A stretch of DNA of 64,000 bases from Catajapyx aquilonaris. Taxonomy: Eukaryota. Position numbers and translations under genes: made by a program. The DNA is taken from positions 1 through 64,000 of the forward strand of contig KZ538035.1 in NCBI GenBank assembly GCA_000934665.2, given 5' to 3'. The notes below the pieces were generated by a model. That model made no database searches, was not told the origin of the DNA, and saw only the letters and a list, made by a program, of their open reading frames with translations. Shown here in pieces: positions 38,517-52,600 of the stretch. Position 1 is the first letter of the stretch. Each line of letters opens with the position of its first letter.

Positions 38517-40544
38517 GATAGGAAAGGTGTACGTGTCTTCAGTTCCGGAAACGACAGCCTTTGTTCTAAGCGGTGCATCGGAGAAGTTGGAGACATGTTC
38601 TTCTACTCCTCATTCCATTTGGATGCTTCTCTATAAAGGTTTCTTCTCTGAAACGCTGATGCAGCAAAATCATACGGTCGGAGGCGGGCCAAACGTGTAC
38701 CTTTTCGTATTAATTGCCTGCAAAAGGTCACGATTCGCGATACCCCTTTAATGAACCTTAATAACATTCCCCTTACAATTAAGCAGTGTCACCCTATCTC
38801 TCTAATGTAAAGATAACATATTGTGGTAGTGAACAAAAGGTGTCAGAAAAGTAAAACAAGAAGCAAAGTTGGCACAGTCCATAGTACATATTATAAATCG
38901 AAAGCAAGTTTGAACGTTCAGTGAAGAAGCGTGACCGGCATAATGATGACGCCAACTCTTTAAAGTTAACACATTAAAGTGTAATAATGTCCTGTAACAA
39001 ATGTGCGGATAGCACTAAATGCATTTATTTCTAAGAAATAAGATTTTTTTTGACAGTTACTCCTGCTCCCTGACCCAGGCTTATTCACTTGTTGGGAAAG
39101 GCACTTGAGGGAATCCTTTGTGGAGCAGATCGTTGGCAGGGGGGGCCAAAGGGAACGGGGGATTTCGCTCAATAATCCCAACAAAAGCTACCTGCCTGCC
39201 CGCCTCTCTGCCTGCCACAGCAGCGGGGCCCCTACCCCACTTCCAACCTTAGGATACATCCCAGTGTTTGGGCTGATGGAAGGAAGGGGGGGGGGGGGGA
39301 TCTGCCCTTCTTTTTGTGTATTCCGCCTTTCTCGGCGGAATGCGAAGAAAATGGGAAAGGAAGTACTACCCAGCCAATCAGGAGGGGCAATAAAGGAAGA
39401 AGGAGGGGGAAAAAAAAATTGAAAGCCAACTCAGCCACCGTCACTTTCAAGCGAGTGTAGGGCTTTGGCCACCATGTATGGTAATGGCTGCCAATGATTT
39501 GGAAATGTTATTATTGTCAGCAACTTCATTTTATGGTTATCAATGTGCGGTTTCACAACAATCATACTATGCAAAATCATGCCTAGAGTGAAATGGATGA
39601 AAGTGGGCTTCAACTGTTCCAAACTAGCATTTCCCCTGTGTAGGTGAGCCAAAGTTGAAATATTAATTTCAGATGAAACGAAAATTGTACTCCGCATTCG
39701 TTCTATGCAAAACACTACTTGCATAATGAAATGCACGCTAGTGCTTTTGCAGCATGTGTTTCCGGAAGGTAGAATTACTCCTGAATTTTTCATTAGAGGA
39801 ACAGTCCCTGGGGATACATACAACGCACAATTATGAGAAGAAAATAACAAAAGCAGAGGTAAGAACAAGGAAGAGAAATAAAAAGAGAGACAACCCTTTT
39901 AGAAGGCTAATACCTTCCAAAAAAAATCCAATATGAAAGTAATCCAACCGCCAGTGGTAATTTGTAAAAAAAAGGGCGCATAATTTAGGGCCGGAATTGT
40001 GCTAACTCTTGGTATTCCGGGAATAAATGACAGACAGCTGCATGGTCGCACAGCTCGCATTTTGATTGGCGTTTCCAAGATGATTGGGAAATTTTGGCCT
40101 GGAATGAGCCCACGCAGCATCACTGTGACGGCTTTGATGAGGCCCGACCTGTTTATTGCATCCCCCTCGATATATGCTGTCCCTTCAGTGATATAGAGTG
40201 TTGTGATGAAGCGTGTGCAAAATACAAATCGCAGTTGGGAGCCAAATATCAGCTGGAAAACTGGCTGATATACCATGTAGTGTTATCAGTAACCTGTTGC
40301 ACCAACACAACGGATATATCAATCACGCCATGAAGTGGATTATTACAAATTCTTGTGCCACCTCATGCATCCGGTACACAAATTAGTATCGCTTTACTGT
40401 TAAACTGTCATAAGCGTAACCTTTGGTCTTCCAAAGCAGCTCTGCATGAAGAGCAGCGTAATCCACACTTTCCCATATCTATTACAGTGTTGTCATTTTG
40501 GCAACATCCACTAGTTTGAAAATGATTTTGAGGGTGGTCGCTTC

Positions 40545-40625
<81 letters not shown>
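40545..40625. repeat. (AAT)27 perfect microsatellite
   Basis: 81 bp of uninterrupted AAT. Confidence 0.97.
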
Positions 40626-40626
<1 letters not shown>

Positions 40627-43600
40627 TTCCAGCTCCGTACATATTGTAACGTGGGAAACACAGCAATGTTGCTCTCCCTACCTAGCCTATTAGAGCTGTA
40701 TGAAGTTCGTGGTATGGAGCCAGATCCTCTGTAATCCAAGTGATCCGCTCCCCGCTGCTTCGGACTCACTTGCTCCTCCGCCAATTAGCAAGAATCAAGC
40801 GCCTCATTATTGCAACTTGCGTCACGCGTCAGTTCCGAACGCTATATTATGCGACCTCCATTACCGGTAGAAAAGCACACACATTTGGAGCAACAAGTGA
40901 ATTTGCCAGAATTAGACTTGCTAACTGGCGTTACCAAAATAGTGTTTTTGTGTTGCAAATTCGAGTCAATTTTCCCCGCTCTCATATTTTGACAGTGGGG
41001 TCAGTTTGCTGGAGAGTGGTAAATGCAGGGATGGGCATCTGCAATCATTTCTTGCCAACGTTGACTCTCTTTGTTTGGTCCATCGGTAATAGCTTTCCAA
41101 ACAATGCTGACAGATTGAATTGGAAGCGCAATCGCTTCATGATGAATTATTTACACAATACAAAGCTTGCACTATACAGGAAGATTGCGTGGCATGTGAG
41201 TAGGTTTGTTTGTCGTCCTTCCTGACATAATTATAGTTTGCTCAATTCTGATGACAGTGAGGTAGGGGCAAAATGCAACAGCGGCTGTCATGACCCTGAT
41301 TATTTTGTAGTAGCACCAGCTCTGGAATGACCGCCAGTGTAGTGGTTTACAACATGGGAATTTTTGCGTTGAGGCGTGAAATTGGCTCCGGACATGAGGA
41401 TTACTCACTGGCGCATTATCCGACAGGTTATGGTTGTGCTCGGATAAACCCATGCCTGAAGCACACAGTGTATATGCAGTCAACGAGGCCTCTCCCACAT
41501 TTCTGACACTATTAGGTAACCTAGGGGGCGTTTAGGAGGAGGGCGCTCCTGGTGAGGCCCTCGGGAGTCATTCCGTCTCTTTGAGGTTCAATCTGGGAAT
41601 ACGATAGGATATCCGGTCGATAAGTGTACGGGCTTCCGTTCCCCTAGACGTAATGGAGCTCAATGTTCTGCTGCCTATTTCTCAGCCCGGAAATGATCTG
41701 CTTGCCTCCCCACCTAACTGCATGTCTTTTCACTTTCCACGAGCTTTGATCAAGCCAGGCTGGATTGAGTTAAGGGACGACTACTAGGAGGCCTGGAATG
41801 CTGGGAGGTGCAGTTCACGGGTCACGGAGGAATTTTGGCCAGAGAAAATATTTTGATATAATATCACGCTTTGTAACCGGCACCTGCAAGTGGCTTTCTT
41901 GTATTGTCGGTCCTTCATGGCTGTGGATTCCGGGGAATTCAAAGCAAACATAGGGAAAGTCATGGTTGGAAGTTACGCTTGTCACATGACACCTTGCATT
42001 ACCTTCTGCTGGTGCAGGAAGTGCAAGCGGTTTCGGTAGGGCAATTTATGGGGCAGAATTTGATTCTGAATGAGGTGTCGAGACAGAGAATTCATTCTGT
42101 CGTTGTATTATTTTCATACTTGGAATATCGGTGCGGCCACGTTTCGATTACTTTCCTTGAATGCCAACATATTTGGTATGCACAGTAAAACGTTGAAAAG
42201 GCCCGTAGCGGCCGTAGCACAGAGAAAAATGGTTATAGAAGACTATGCCATGCAATTTTTGGCGCGCGAGAGGTCGTGAGCTGTCGTGGGAACTGGGACC
42301 TTTCCCGATTAAATTCTGCTTTATGTTTGATCATACCCTATGAATCGTCACATTCAAACTAGCATATGTGTCACCTAAAATATTCCCCACTCTAAACTCA
42401 CTATTGATGAATGTCACTGCCTCAATGATTATTTTAAATTAACGCAGATTAATGCATGTTGGAGCTGCAAATGCTGTCCATTAGCCTCAGCATATTTCAG
42501 TGACTAAAATCAATGCAGATTACTATTTTTTTATTGAAACCCAAGCCTCTTTTTAGGTCCACATTTCAAAATCTGGCCAGCTGCTGTTGGTGCAGAGAAC
42601 AAACCACAGTCACAAAGCCCACTATCCGAGTACATAATGGCCTCCTTTTCTTGGTTAGCCACGCACTGATCAAACTCCAGTTGACTGCACGAGCGTAATG
42701 TACGTCGAGTCAGTTTTTTTTCTTGGGCTCAATATTTGCCTTCTTGTTTGCTTGGCGAGGGTTTCATTGACTTTGCTGTTGAAGGGACTCTGGATGGACG
42801 AGGCTCCAAGCCGTCTCTTCTCTATGTACAGTACCAACCCCAATTATTGAGTGCTCTTTTCGCACACTGTCAACGACTCACTGTTTGAACTTTTCCTATA
42901 CATTTTGTACAGTGTCATAGAGTAGACCTACATCATTCAAGAAATGCCATTGTGAACCATTTTTAATTGTCTTTTTTCTCTGAAGTGAAAGTGGGGCACA
43001 GCCCCACGGAGGTGTGGGGGGGGGGGGNNGGGGGGGGGGGGGGGGGGGGCGAAGCCCCACCGCCTCGCAAAGCGAGTCCTAACAACCCTAAAGCTACAAG
43101 CACTTTTTTCACGAGTGTTACAGTACGTTCTTGACCTTTACACGACACCTGTGCTACTCGATTTTCCAACATTGATCAGATCTTATCACAACTAATAAAA
43201 GTTCCCCGTACCATTTCAGTCAATTTATCTCGAAGTCAATCGCATTAAGCTCCCTAGCTGAACAATCAATTTAAATAAGGACAGGAATCTTTCCTTCATG
43301 TTACAGGTAACCGATAAGGACATTTCATTTCTTTACCTTGTTAAAATTTAACAGCGCCCCAAGTAGTTTCGCGGTGCCGAGTGCACGCTTCTGCTTGAAA
43401 ACAGTCCCCTTGGCCCCTGAAGCAAAATATTAGTTCACGGGCTGTTCCATAAGGCGGAAGGGAAATAGGTCGTGGCCAGGCAATTTAGGAAGTAATTGAG
43501 CCGCACGACTGCATACCAATGAGACAATGAGATTAATCGCAACGTACTGCTCCAGTGAAATGCTTCTCACGCGCTGCGGGTCTATTATTGCGTTTTAGTC

Positions 43601-46600
43601 CATAGATGAATCTAAGCAATAATGGTGCTACCAGATGTGAGTCACTAATATTTGCCATTCTTATCCGGAAGATATCATCATCCCTGTAGCGAGAACATGA
43701 ATGATGGGCGTCTGCATTTCGTCTGTCTGGTGTTGGGATGGACAGAGATTAGTAGGTGGTTTAGAAAAGGGGGATTCCCTGTGAGTCAGGCAGATTGGGT
43801 GGGTCTGGAAGTACAGCTGCATCCTGGCAGTGATATGTCACCAGCTAGACATTGCTTTTTTTTACCAAGAGAACAGGTCAGCTGATGGGCTTGTGGCTAC
43901 AATCCACCGGGATTTTGGCGTCGAAAAAGATGGAAGTGGAGAAGGAGATCACAGAGACAGAGAAAGAATGAGAGTTTGCTGGATTCATTCCACAGACATA
44001 TTGCTCGCCAAAGTAGCTTTTACCAACTCCTTTTTTTCCCCTCGAGTCGGGTAAGGACTTTTCAGCCGGGAGATTGACTTCGACTACATTGAACGGATTC
44101 CGACTTTCAGGCAGTTTCTGGAATGTTACTCTTGTCGGATTGTTTCCAGGCACTTGCAGCTCGCTTCATTTTAAGGCAACCTATGCCGTGCGGTGCAAAT
44201 AATATAAATTGCTATACGTTACCAGTCATATAAGTTTGTGAGTTTTTGTATAGGACAATACGAGGACAATGTCGTACATGATACACAAATACGTGCGATA
44301 CTACTTGTACAAAAAATTCATTGATTTTATATGAGCGAGTTATGAACGTGACCATTATAAGAAAATTGTGTTGTTATTCCCAGGCTAGTAAAATTAGGGG
44401 TATATTTCCGTAATTACTTCTTAATTCCGCATACTTGAGCCTCATATCCTAGCTTTTGATTATAATCCCACTAGATCACGTAAGCCTTTCACTTTACTCC
44501 TTGTTATCTTGTATACTGCCTAAAGGGAACGACTCTATAAATGGACAGTAATTTTTTAAAGTATTAACGGCTTTCATAATTCAAAGCTTAAGATTACAAT
44601 ACACCCTTAGCATGCCATGCCGCTGATGTGCCGTGGTAGGCACTATTGCATATTTAAAAATTTGTCGCCCACCTCCACAAATAAACATTTTAAGAGATAC
44701 CAGGAAATTCCACGTGGATATACGGTAATTTGAAAAATACAGTCCCACATGGTTGCCTTTTCAAGTAATGAGCTTTGATGGTAAGCATCCACGCAAAACT
44801 TCGAGTGTGACTGGAACAGCTTAAACCCCCACGTTTTTCGGTAGAACTGCCAGAATGAATGTGAGGTGGGGTTAGGGATCCACCCTCAGGGGCTCATTTG
44901 CATGAGGTACACGAGATAGCTCCTGCGGGAGGCTGGCAAGCAAGCAGGCAAGCTACACTCCTTTGTCCCGAACCGCCACGGGCTGCAATAGCACATGATA
45001 GACCACCGTGCGGCTGCACGACCAACACTGCAGGCTGCAATTCAAATTGGCATCCCAATTACATAGTTGGAGCTATGGGACACTGGGCAAATAAGCAGGC
45101 CAACTCCTTTGTCTCCATATTTCCAAAATCCCTGTAGAGATCTCAATTTCACTTGAGCAACTATATCCTACAGGGTGAAACATATAGTGAAAGCTCAACT
45201 TGAAACGTCTGGTTAAAATTTCAGGAAGACTTTTCCCTGCAATGCGCCTCCCCCTCTGCATATAGGCCTGTGTAGATCCCCATCCTGTGCCACTCCTCTG
45301 TTTTCTGTGGCGTCTAAAGGAGAAACGGTGCTTCTAATTAGGGGAAAAATCAATGGTGGACCCACCGCGCCCACACACGACGTTGACAACAAACGGAGGA
45401 AGCAGCAGCTGCACTACTTTATTGCGCTGAATCAACCGCGTTTGGAATTTATTCATTTAATGCTGTTCGGCTGAATTCAACTCTGGATTACACAACTCAC
45501 TTCTGCCATCCCAAGGAAAAACATCCTAACTGCATAACTAGTAAGGGTGAAAGTCGCATGCATGTCCTGCACTGATCCCTCCTGAGGCAAGGGGGATTAG
45601 TGAAGAGCACGCGACTTTCACCCTTACTAGTTTTGCAGTTAGGATGTTTCTTTTTGGGATGGCAGACTTGTCACCGTCATGCCACAGGCGACACCCGTGT
45701 CCAACCGCTGTGACGTCCTTGACGGTATTTTTCCGCATTTATGCCAGCAGAACCGTGTGCATTGCCATAATTAGAATCTCGCTAATCCCTGGCCAAGGAA
45801 GAATGCAGACGTGCCCAGCAGTGCTTTTAATTGATTAAAAACAGCGTGCCCTTTCGCACTTCATATAATCTCACAATGCAAGCGGGGCTCAGATTCATTT
45901 AAAACTTAGTTCATTACGCGGAACACAATTGAAGTGCCACTAGACTGCTGCCATTATTTACAAATTCGACTGAAAATGGCTGCTCTGTGCCAACCCGTAC
46001 GATTACCGCCTGGGAGTAGTTGGCGCAAGTTGGCGTGTTTCTTCAGGTACACGACACGCAAGATGCGTCTCATGGTACTGGTGATGAGACGTCTGAGACA
46101 TCCTCTCTCGGCTGCAGCAGGATGTCATCGTTGGATGCTGCTGTCTGGATCGAGTCTGATAATGAGCCTGGCGGCCCAACTTAATGAGGCGGTGAGACCA
46201 TCTAATTAGGGGAACTTATCGGTTGTAGCAGCAGATTGAACCGTGTCACTTTCGACCTTTCGTTTGCCATCCCTCAACAGCGCTGTCTTCTCTCCGAGTA
46301 TTATCCATAGATTCAAGCTGCGTTTTGCAGAATACTCCCAAATCCCTCAAAAGCGAAATCCTAGTCCTAAAGTCGGTAATTCGTTTTCAGAAAACCAGAG
46401 GCAATAAATTTGGAAGCAGACACTTTCAAATCCAATATTGTCTAATTGTGAGATACGTCTTTGACGGATCAAATTAGGGCGTCCCACACTCTGTGTCAAG
46501 TCAGCCTTAAACGAGAATATAGCTCGTTACGTTGCAACTTTGTCCTTTTTTATATTGATTTACTGGGGGATCTGAGTCGAGATCGTGACTTGGAGTCGAG

Positions 46601-49600
46601 CACCAGGATCTCAGACCGTCCTAAGGACACTGATGTGTTTGCGTTATCCGCGGGGAATATGGTTGGTAAACACACAGAATTCTAGGCCACCAACAGTTTG
46701 CTGCCCACTGGTCATATTTTTCCGAATTATTTCTCTCTGAAATTTCAGAGTATTGCAACCAACATACAGTGTAACATTAGAACAGAAGAGAAAACAAGAG
46801 TCAGAAAACAGAAATGTGAGTATGATGTAGGATGTACAAAGAGCTGACAGTTTTCAATTTATTTCCGCAGTTAGTATGACATTCATTTTGTGCAGTATAC
46901 AGTTTTTATTCTGCGTTTATTGTCGTCATAAAGCACGTTTGCAATTAGATTCTCGTTATTACAGTAACTGGACGAGTTATGCAACTGTGAGCAGTGACGT
47001 CAAAGGGATATACGAAAACTGATACGTTTTCTTTGCACATCTAGACGCCCATGATGGTATCTCCACCTTGCCGTGTTGGGGTCCGTGTGTTCTCTTATCG
47101 ACGGAGGCTTCGCCTACTGGCGGGGTCACCCAAGTTAGAGCCCCATGTAACAGTATTGGAAGCAAGAGTATAGTATACTATTATTGTCGGACACAATGTC
47201 TATGCTGTGATATTTTTTTCTCTCTCTCAGGCGAGAACCCATGAGCGTGTATTGTCGCAATATATTACCAGATGGATGAATAATGACTGTCATCACTTAA
47301 TTTACCCGATACCAAGCCGGGTCTACATCTGACAATAAAATGGCAAGAAGCCGGGGTTAGTTAACGTCCAGAAGGAACGAAAATATGGCTAACCGGGGCG
47401 GGGGGTCGCGGGCAGGGCCGCGAGCCTTTGTTCAACTTTTTTTTGCAATTTCTGTGTCAATTGAACAATTTTTGCAGTCTACAGAGTGTATGTTTTCTGG
47501 AAAGAGGGCAGTTGTAGACGGGGTGTAAACCAAAATTGGTCCACAATAGTAGAGGAGATATGCACGGTCTGTTTACAGTCCGTGGAAATATGTCTGGATT
47601 TCCCTATTTTTTCTCTGAACTTATTCGTAACCATAATTATATGCGTACGGTTGACTGGCTCACTTTCATCTGAGTGAACCTTACAGCAGAGTAGTTTGCT
47701 GCACGTCCAGATAGCCGGTTTCACATGAGAGACGTACCCCGAGCTTCCTCGCATTCAAAGCGGTTCGCAGTGAATCTTTCATCATCAAGTAGTCCTCAGA
47801 TCTCTTAAGATGCAACTGAAGGAACTTCCACTGCTTCTTAAAAGATCCGCAGTAGATGACGATGAAAAATGAAATGGGATGTGGGGAGGGTGGATCTTCA
47901 ACAATACAAAAAGGTCAACGAAAAATCACTTTAACCAAATGATCTATTACTGTCATAACCCTAGTTTTAAACACAGTCAAGCATTATGTTGCATATAGTG
48001 CACCAACAATATTGTTCATTGATATTCATATAAATTTTTGCATCACATTTAAATGAGTATAAGCCGCTTACAGCTGCAGAAATTGAAATGTATATTCGTC
48101 AAATGAATTCTTCTACTCCCATTGTATTATTTTAATTCTCATAATATAGTAGGAACTGTACAGTGCATTCCACCTCATCCAATTAATGCAAAGAGGGCTA
48201 AGCTGCACTGACCTGAGTGAATTACTAGATAGTAACATAGCTGAAAATGTTCAAAGCCTAATCTCCTCAGGGCCAGATCAGAGTTGATGAAATCAAGTGC
48301 TCTAGGATTGTGATACGCAACCTACGCATCATATTCCCTTGCCCTTTCCTCGCTCTAGAATCTAGCTCATTATAATAATGCTCAGGACGGTTTGCGGCCC
48401 CTATTACTTTCACCTGATTGCGTTATTTTCATTAAGCTCCTCTTTTCAAGAAGTATACATATAACGTTTACATTAGCGGGGCCTACCTATGCAGAAGGTG
48501 ATTAAAGCCTGTTATGTGCTGCTTTTTCGCTGGGTAGACGTGAAATCTGCAACATACTGTACTTTTAAAGGCCTAGTTTGCAACATATTGAGAGTGATTT
48601 TCTGATCGCAGGTTATGACTACACTAATCAAGACTTAACAACATTTATCATAGTATATATTATATACTTAGAACTTACGAATTTAAAAACTATACTCATC
48701 AGCTATAAGACTTTAGTGATGCGACAGAAATGTTTTATCGCAGTGTCTGAAAGATTCCGGTTGGAAATTACGTATAGGAATTGCGCAATTAAGTTATAAT
48801 TGTTTTGCTCTGCTCTGCTCCATATGTTGCAGACTATAATTAGATAGATGAGTATTCAGCCCTAATCCAGTAATCAGTAGGCTATTGTAAATTTCACTAG
48901 ATCTAAATAATGCGTATACTGTCACTAATCACCTCTTCTCTACAAACGCATGTACTGCAGCAGCCAAATTGTAAATTGACAGCAGCCAATTGACAGAAAC
49001 TGTTCTTGTTGCGAGGCTCCCAACCAGTTCGTTGAAAAACGCATGATGTCACTTCCCAATACCAACACAGCAGTAATGGATGTCAAGACCTCGGTATGAT
49101 CTGAGTTGCTGAATATTAGTAGACATCGACTGTCATTTAAGCCCATTCGTTGGAGCCTTGTAAATGAATGGTTTTCGTCAATTAGACTGCTATAGTAGTG
49201 CACTATAATAAAACAGCCGGGTCTATATGACTTACCACTCATGATCATGCATCTACGAGTAAAAAGTGAGTTTTTGCATGTCATGCACAATGGGCACGGT
49301 ACAGTACGTACGTGGCATTGGTGGCAGCTCATGCGTATATTTATAGGTATATCGTATAATTATGTTCCTGTGCAATTTCACCAGGTAAGTTTTTTCCTTC
49401 GCGCTACAGGCTTCACATTCCAATGTTCAGGGTGTCTATTTGGCATATTTTCTCTTGAACATTGGCCCTTGTGATATTCCAGGAAGGAATAACTTACTAT
49501 ATAGGTAGAAGTTTGTCGATACGAGTACTTGCGGTTCAGGCTTCATTACGGAGATATGTCGCATGTGAAGGATAGTTGAATCACACAGGCCCGTAATAGC

Positions 49601-52600
49601 GGTCACTTACAAAAACGAATATGATGACCCATGAGTAATGAGATTTGGGGGAGGGAGGAGGGCTACTACCATCATCTGCACGGAAACGAAGGTTATCTTG
49701 TTAGCAGGCAACTATATGTCCGTCATGAAGCCGAAATTGACAAAATCGTACAGAAGAACTTGCGTGATAATGAACTGCGATGAGATGTTAACTGCTCCAA
49801 GTGCTTTTGGTTCCTTCTTACACAACACTATCTAAAACTACTACAAGTATACCGTATGTTATTATGATTGGTGAGACCTTTTACCCACATTGACGCTAAT
49901 GTTATGATAAGAAAATGTGTTTGATTATTGCACACCCCAGATATCGTTAAAAAAATAAACCACTGCATTTCAGAGCTAGATTGGCCGCAGTGGGAAGTTC
50001 TTGACGACTGTTTTAAAACTTGACATGGGCATTATTTTGAAAGCGTCTTGGGCTACAGAGATTCAAGTTTCTCCCTTAGACAATAACAGCTGCTAACAGT
50101 CCTTTTTCTCTCTCTCTCAGATGATCAAATCCAACTATAGTTGAAAGGCTTTTGCCTATAAGTATGTTCCTGGTGCACTTTCTATTTTAAAGAATAGAAT
50201 AATGGCATCAGTTTGTAAATGTTAATTACACTCTCAGTCTGAGAACATGAGAGCAAGTCAATTTTTGAATGAACCTCACCATTTACGTATAACCTACTTA
50301 TTTGATCGTCTGAAATGCTATCCCTTCACAGAAGTAACTATAATTATACTGTGTCTACACCACGGGTGTATTCTGAGTTTGGACTTTAAACACAATTTGA
50401 TGCAATATTCAACGCTAATACATAGCATATTATACCCTTAATATTGCTACCAAAGCACAACCACGTTTGTAACAATAAATACAATGATTATTATCATTGT
50501 GGTTATCTATATTATTTTGTATTTTCCACTCCTCTACGCAATAACAGAATGGTGTAAAACTTACAGGCTATGAATTACCCGTGCTTTTCTCATCCTCTAA
50601 AGTGTACTTATCCACAATCTTATTTTAGAAACTCAGCTTGCAAAACTTCGCAAACGGTCTAAGTACAGTATACACAACTGCAGGAGACAGAGTCGCAAAC
50701 GAGCAAACACGATGTCTGTGATCATTGCAAGTCGTCTGCAGTTTAGTGCAGGTATTTTGGGGGCTCTAAACCGTAACCTAATGCCGAACCTAACTAAACT
50801 CAATAAAACTATTCGTCCTATAAACTCTGAATGCTAAAACGACCTATTGTCGCCCAGTATAGATTAAACGACCGAATGCTTCGAAGGCGGCAATAAGAAT
50901 CACAGCAGAGAAAAAGTCACGAATAAACTTCCACTCAGTTACGGTTATGCTTCAATGTGATCAATTGAGCGAGAGTTATTAGAGGAAAACAGGCGACAAA
51001 CGGAGAGGTAATAAGTGTAAAAGAACCGAATGATGCGTTTGTGGACGTGTCCCAGTAGATTTAGTGGTGGGTGGGACGGAGGGACGCAAGAGTTTCAGAG
51101 TGGGATTGAAATGGCCTTCTGTTGATGGCACGGCCAAGGTTCTAAAAGCTTTATAGACTGTTGTGTGCAAGGGTTAGAGGTGAAAGAAACGGCTGCATCG
51201 CTTCCCATGAGGCGCAGACGTCCAAGCACAAAGAAAGAGAGGCGTTCTCTTGTTCACTCAATATAGATTTGTGATCCATTTATAAGGAGGGCGTTTCATC
51301 ATCTTTGCCTTTCTTGTCAACCGCAGCTGTACGCACTGGGTCACATCAATGTGCAATTGTTATCAACCTCGGGTCGATATCTTCAAGTAATCAAATTAGG
51401 TAGTTTCATATTTTAATAATATTACTATACATTCAGAGGGCAAGTATCGTTTGGACATAGAAATGTTTAAATAATGTTTACCAAAAAATGAATATGCACA
51501 TGAGGGTATAGTTGCAATATGAGTCATTTTTCCTATTATGCGATCACGGCAGTCCCTTCCCCCCCCCCCTCCTCACGTCCTAATAAAAGGCAGCTCTGAT
51601 GACTATTCCAAGAACTCATAATGGCGGGCTTTAGACCAAACAAGCAAGTCGAGTCTTCTCTCCTCGCGCATTTTTCCAAATAATCTCCATTTAGCATTCA
51701 ACGTCCAAAAACCTTTCACCAACTAATCCAGGAAACGCTGCCTGGATTTTTTCCACCGTCACCCTCCATTGGCTTGAAAATCCCACCATAATCGACTAAT
51801 AATAATGTCATTAAACTTCATCGAAGCTCCCACTTTTGCTGGTACCTTTTTAAAAATTCCCACTCTGTTTACCAGACCAAAAAAATCCTAACTTTTCCAG
51901 ACTAGTCCTAGTATTAAACCATGTTACGTCGACTGATGCATTCCTTTTGAAACCCACCTTCAATTACGATTTCCACTTCATACCTGCCGTTGTGCCCCAG
52001 CACATTAACATGCATTACAATACGGTTTCGGGGAAGAGTGGCAGGATGTACAAACAACAACTAGGATTTCCAGTGATGCCACACCATTACGAGGCCAGGA
52101 GACGGATATGGTGTCCAACAGTTCATCTGCTTTAACTCGAATCTACTGAATTAATTTGGAGAAATTCATGGGCGTCTCCTTATCTTTGTGCAGGTAGCCT
52201 ACAAATCCTTTACTACTATAGGCCCTATTCATATTCCATGAGCAACTAAGCTGTAACAACCGGTATCCAGATATAGATTTCTCCACTAATAGGCAGTGTA
52301 GACTTAGCGTCGGCATATCCTGGAGGCGGTGACTATTACGTGCTGATGATTTGTATTTCAGACTTCTCTGGCATTTTTGTTTGCACGAATCCCGGATTAG
52401 AGGCCAGAGTTTTGAAGCCAGCGGCACCGAACTTCTCGTAGCAATCAGTCATAATCAGGAAGTGGTTAGAAGGACGCCAAGGAAGGAGGGGGTCTTCCTA
52501 TTAATTTATTGTTTATTCTAATCTGTCTCGTGGTTATTATTTTATGTTCATGGCACTTTCATGCCCACACACCCATATTTAGAACCCACTTAATTGTTAT

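Noticed and set aside
40482..40784. Poly-Ile ORFs on both strands
   Set aside because: Translation of the (AAT)n microsatellite.
43015..43060. Poly-G runs as G-quadruplex elements (also near 31800, 38490, 60630)
   Set aside because: They coincide with N gaps, so their length and sequence are unreliable.
46048..46191. Plus-strand exon-like block between TTCTTCAG and GTGAGA
   Set aside because: No recognisable protein in any frame and no partner exons.
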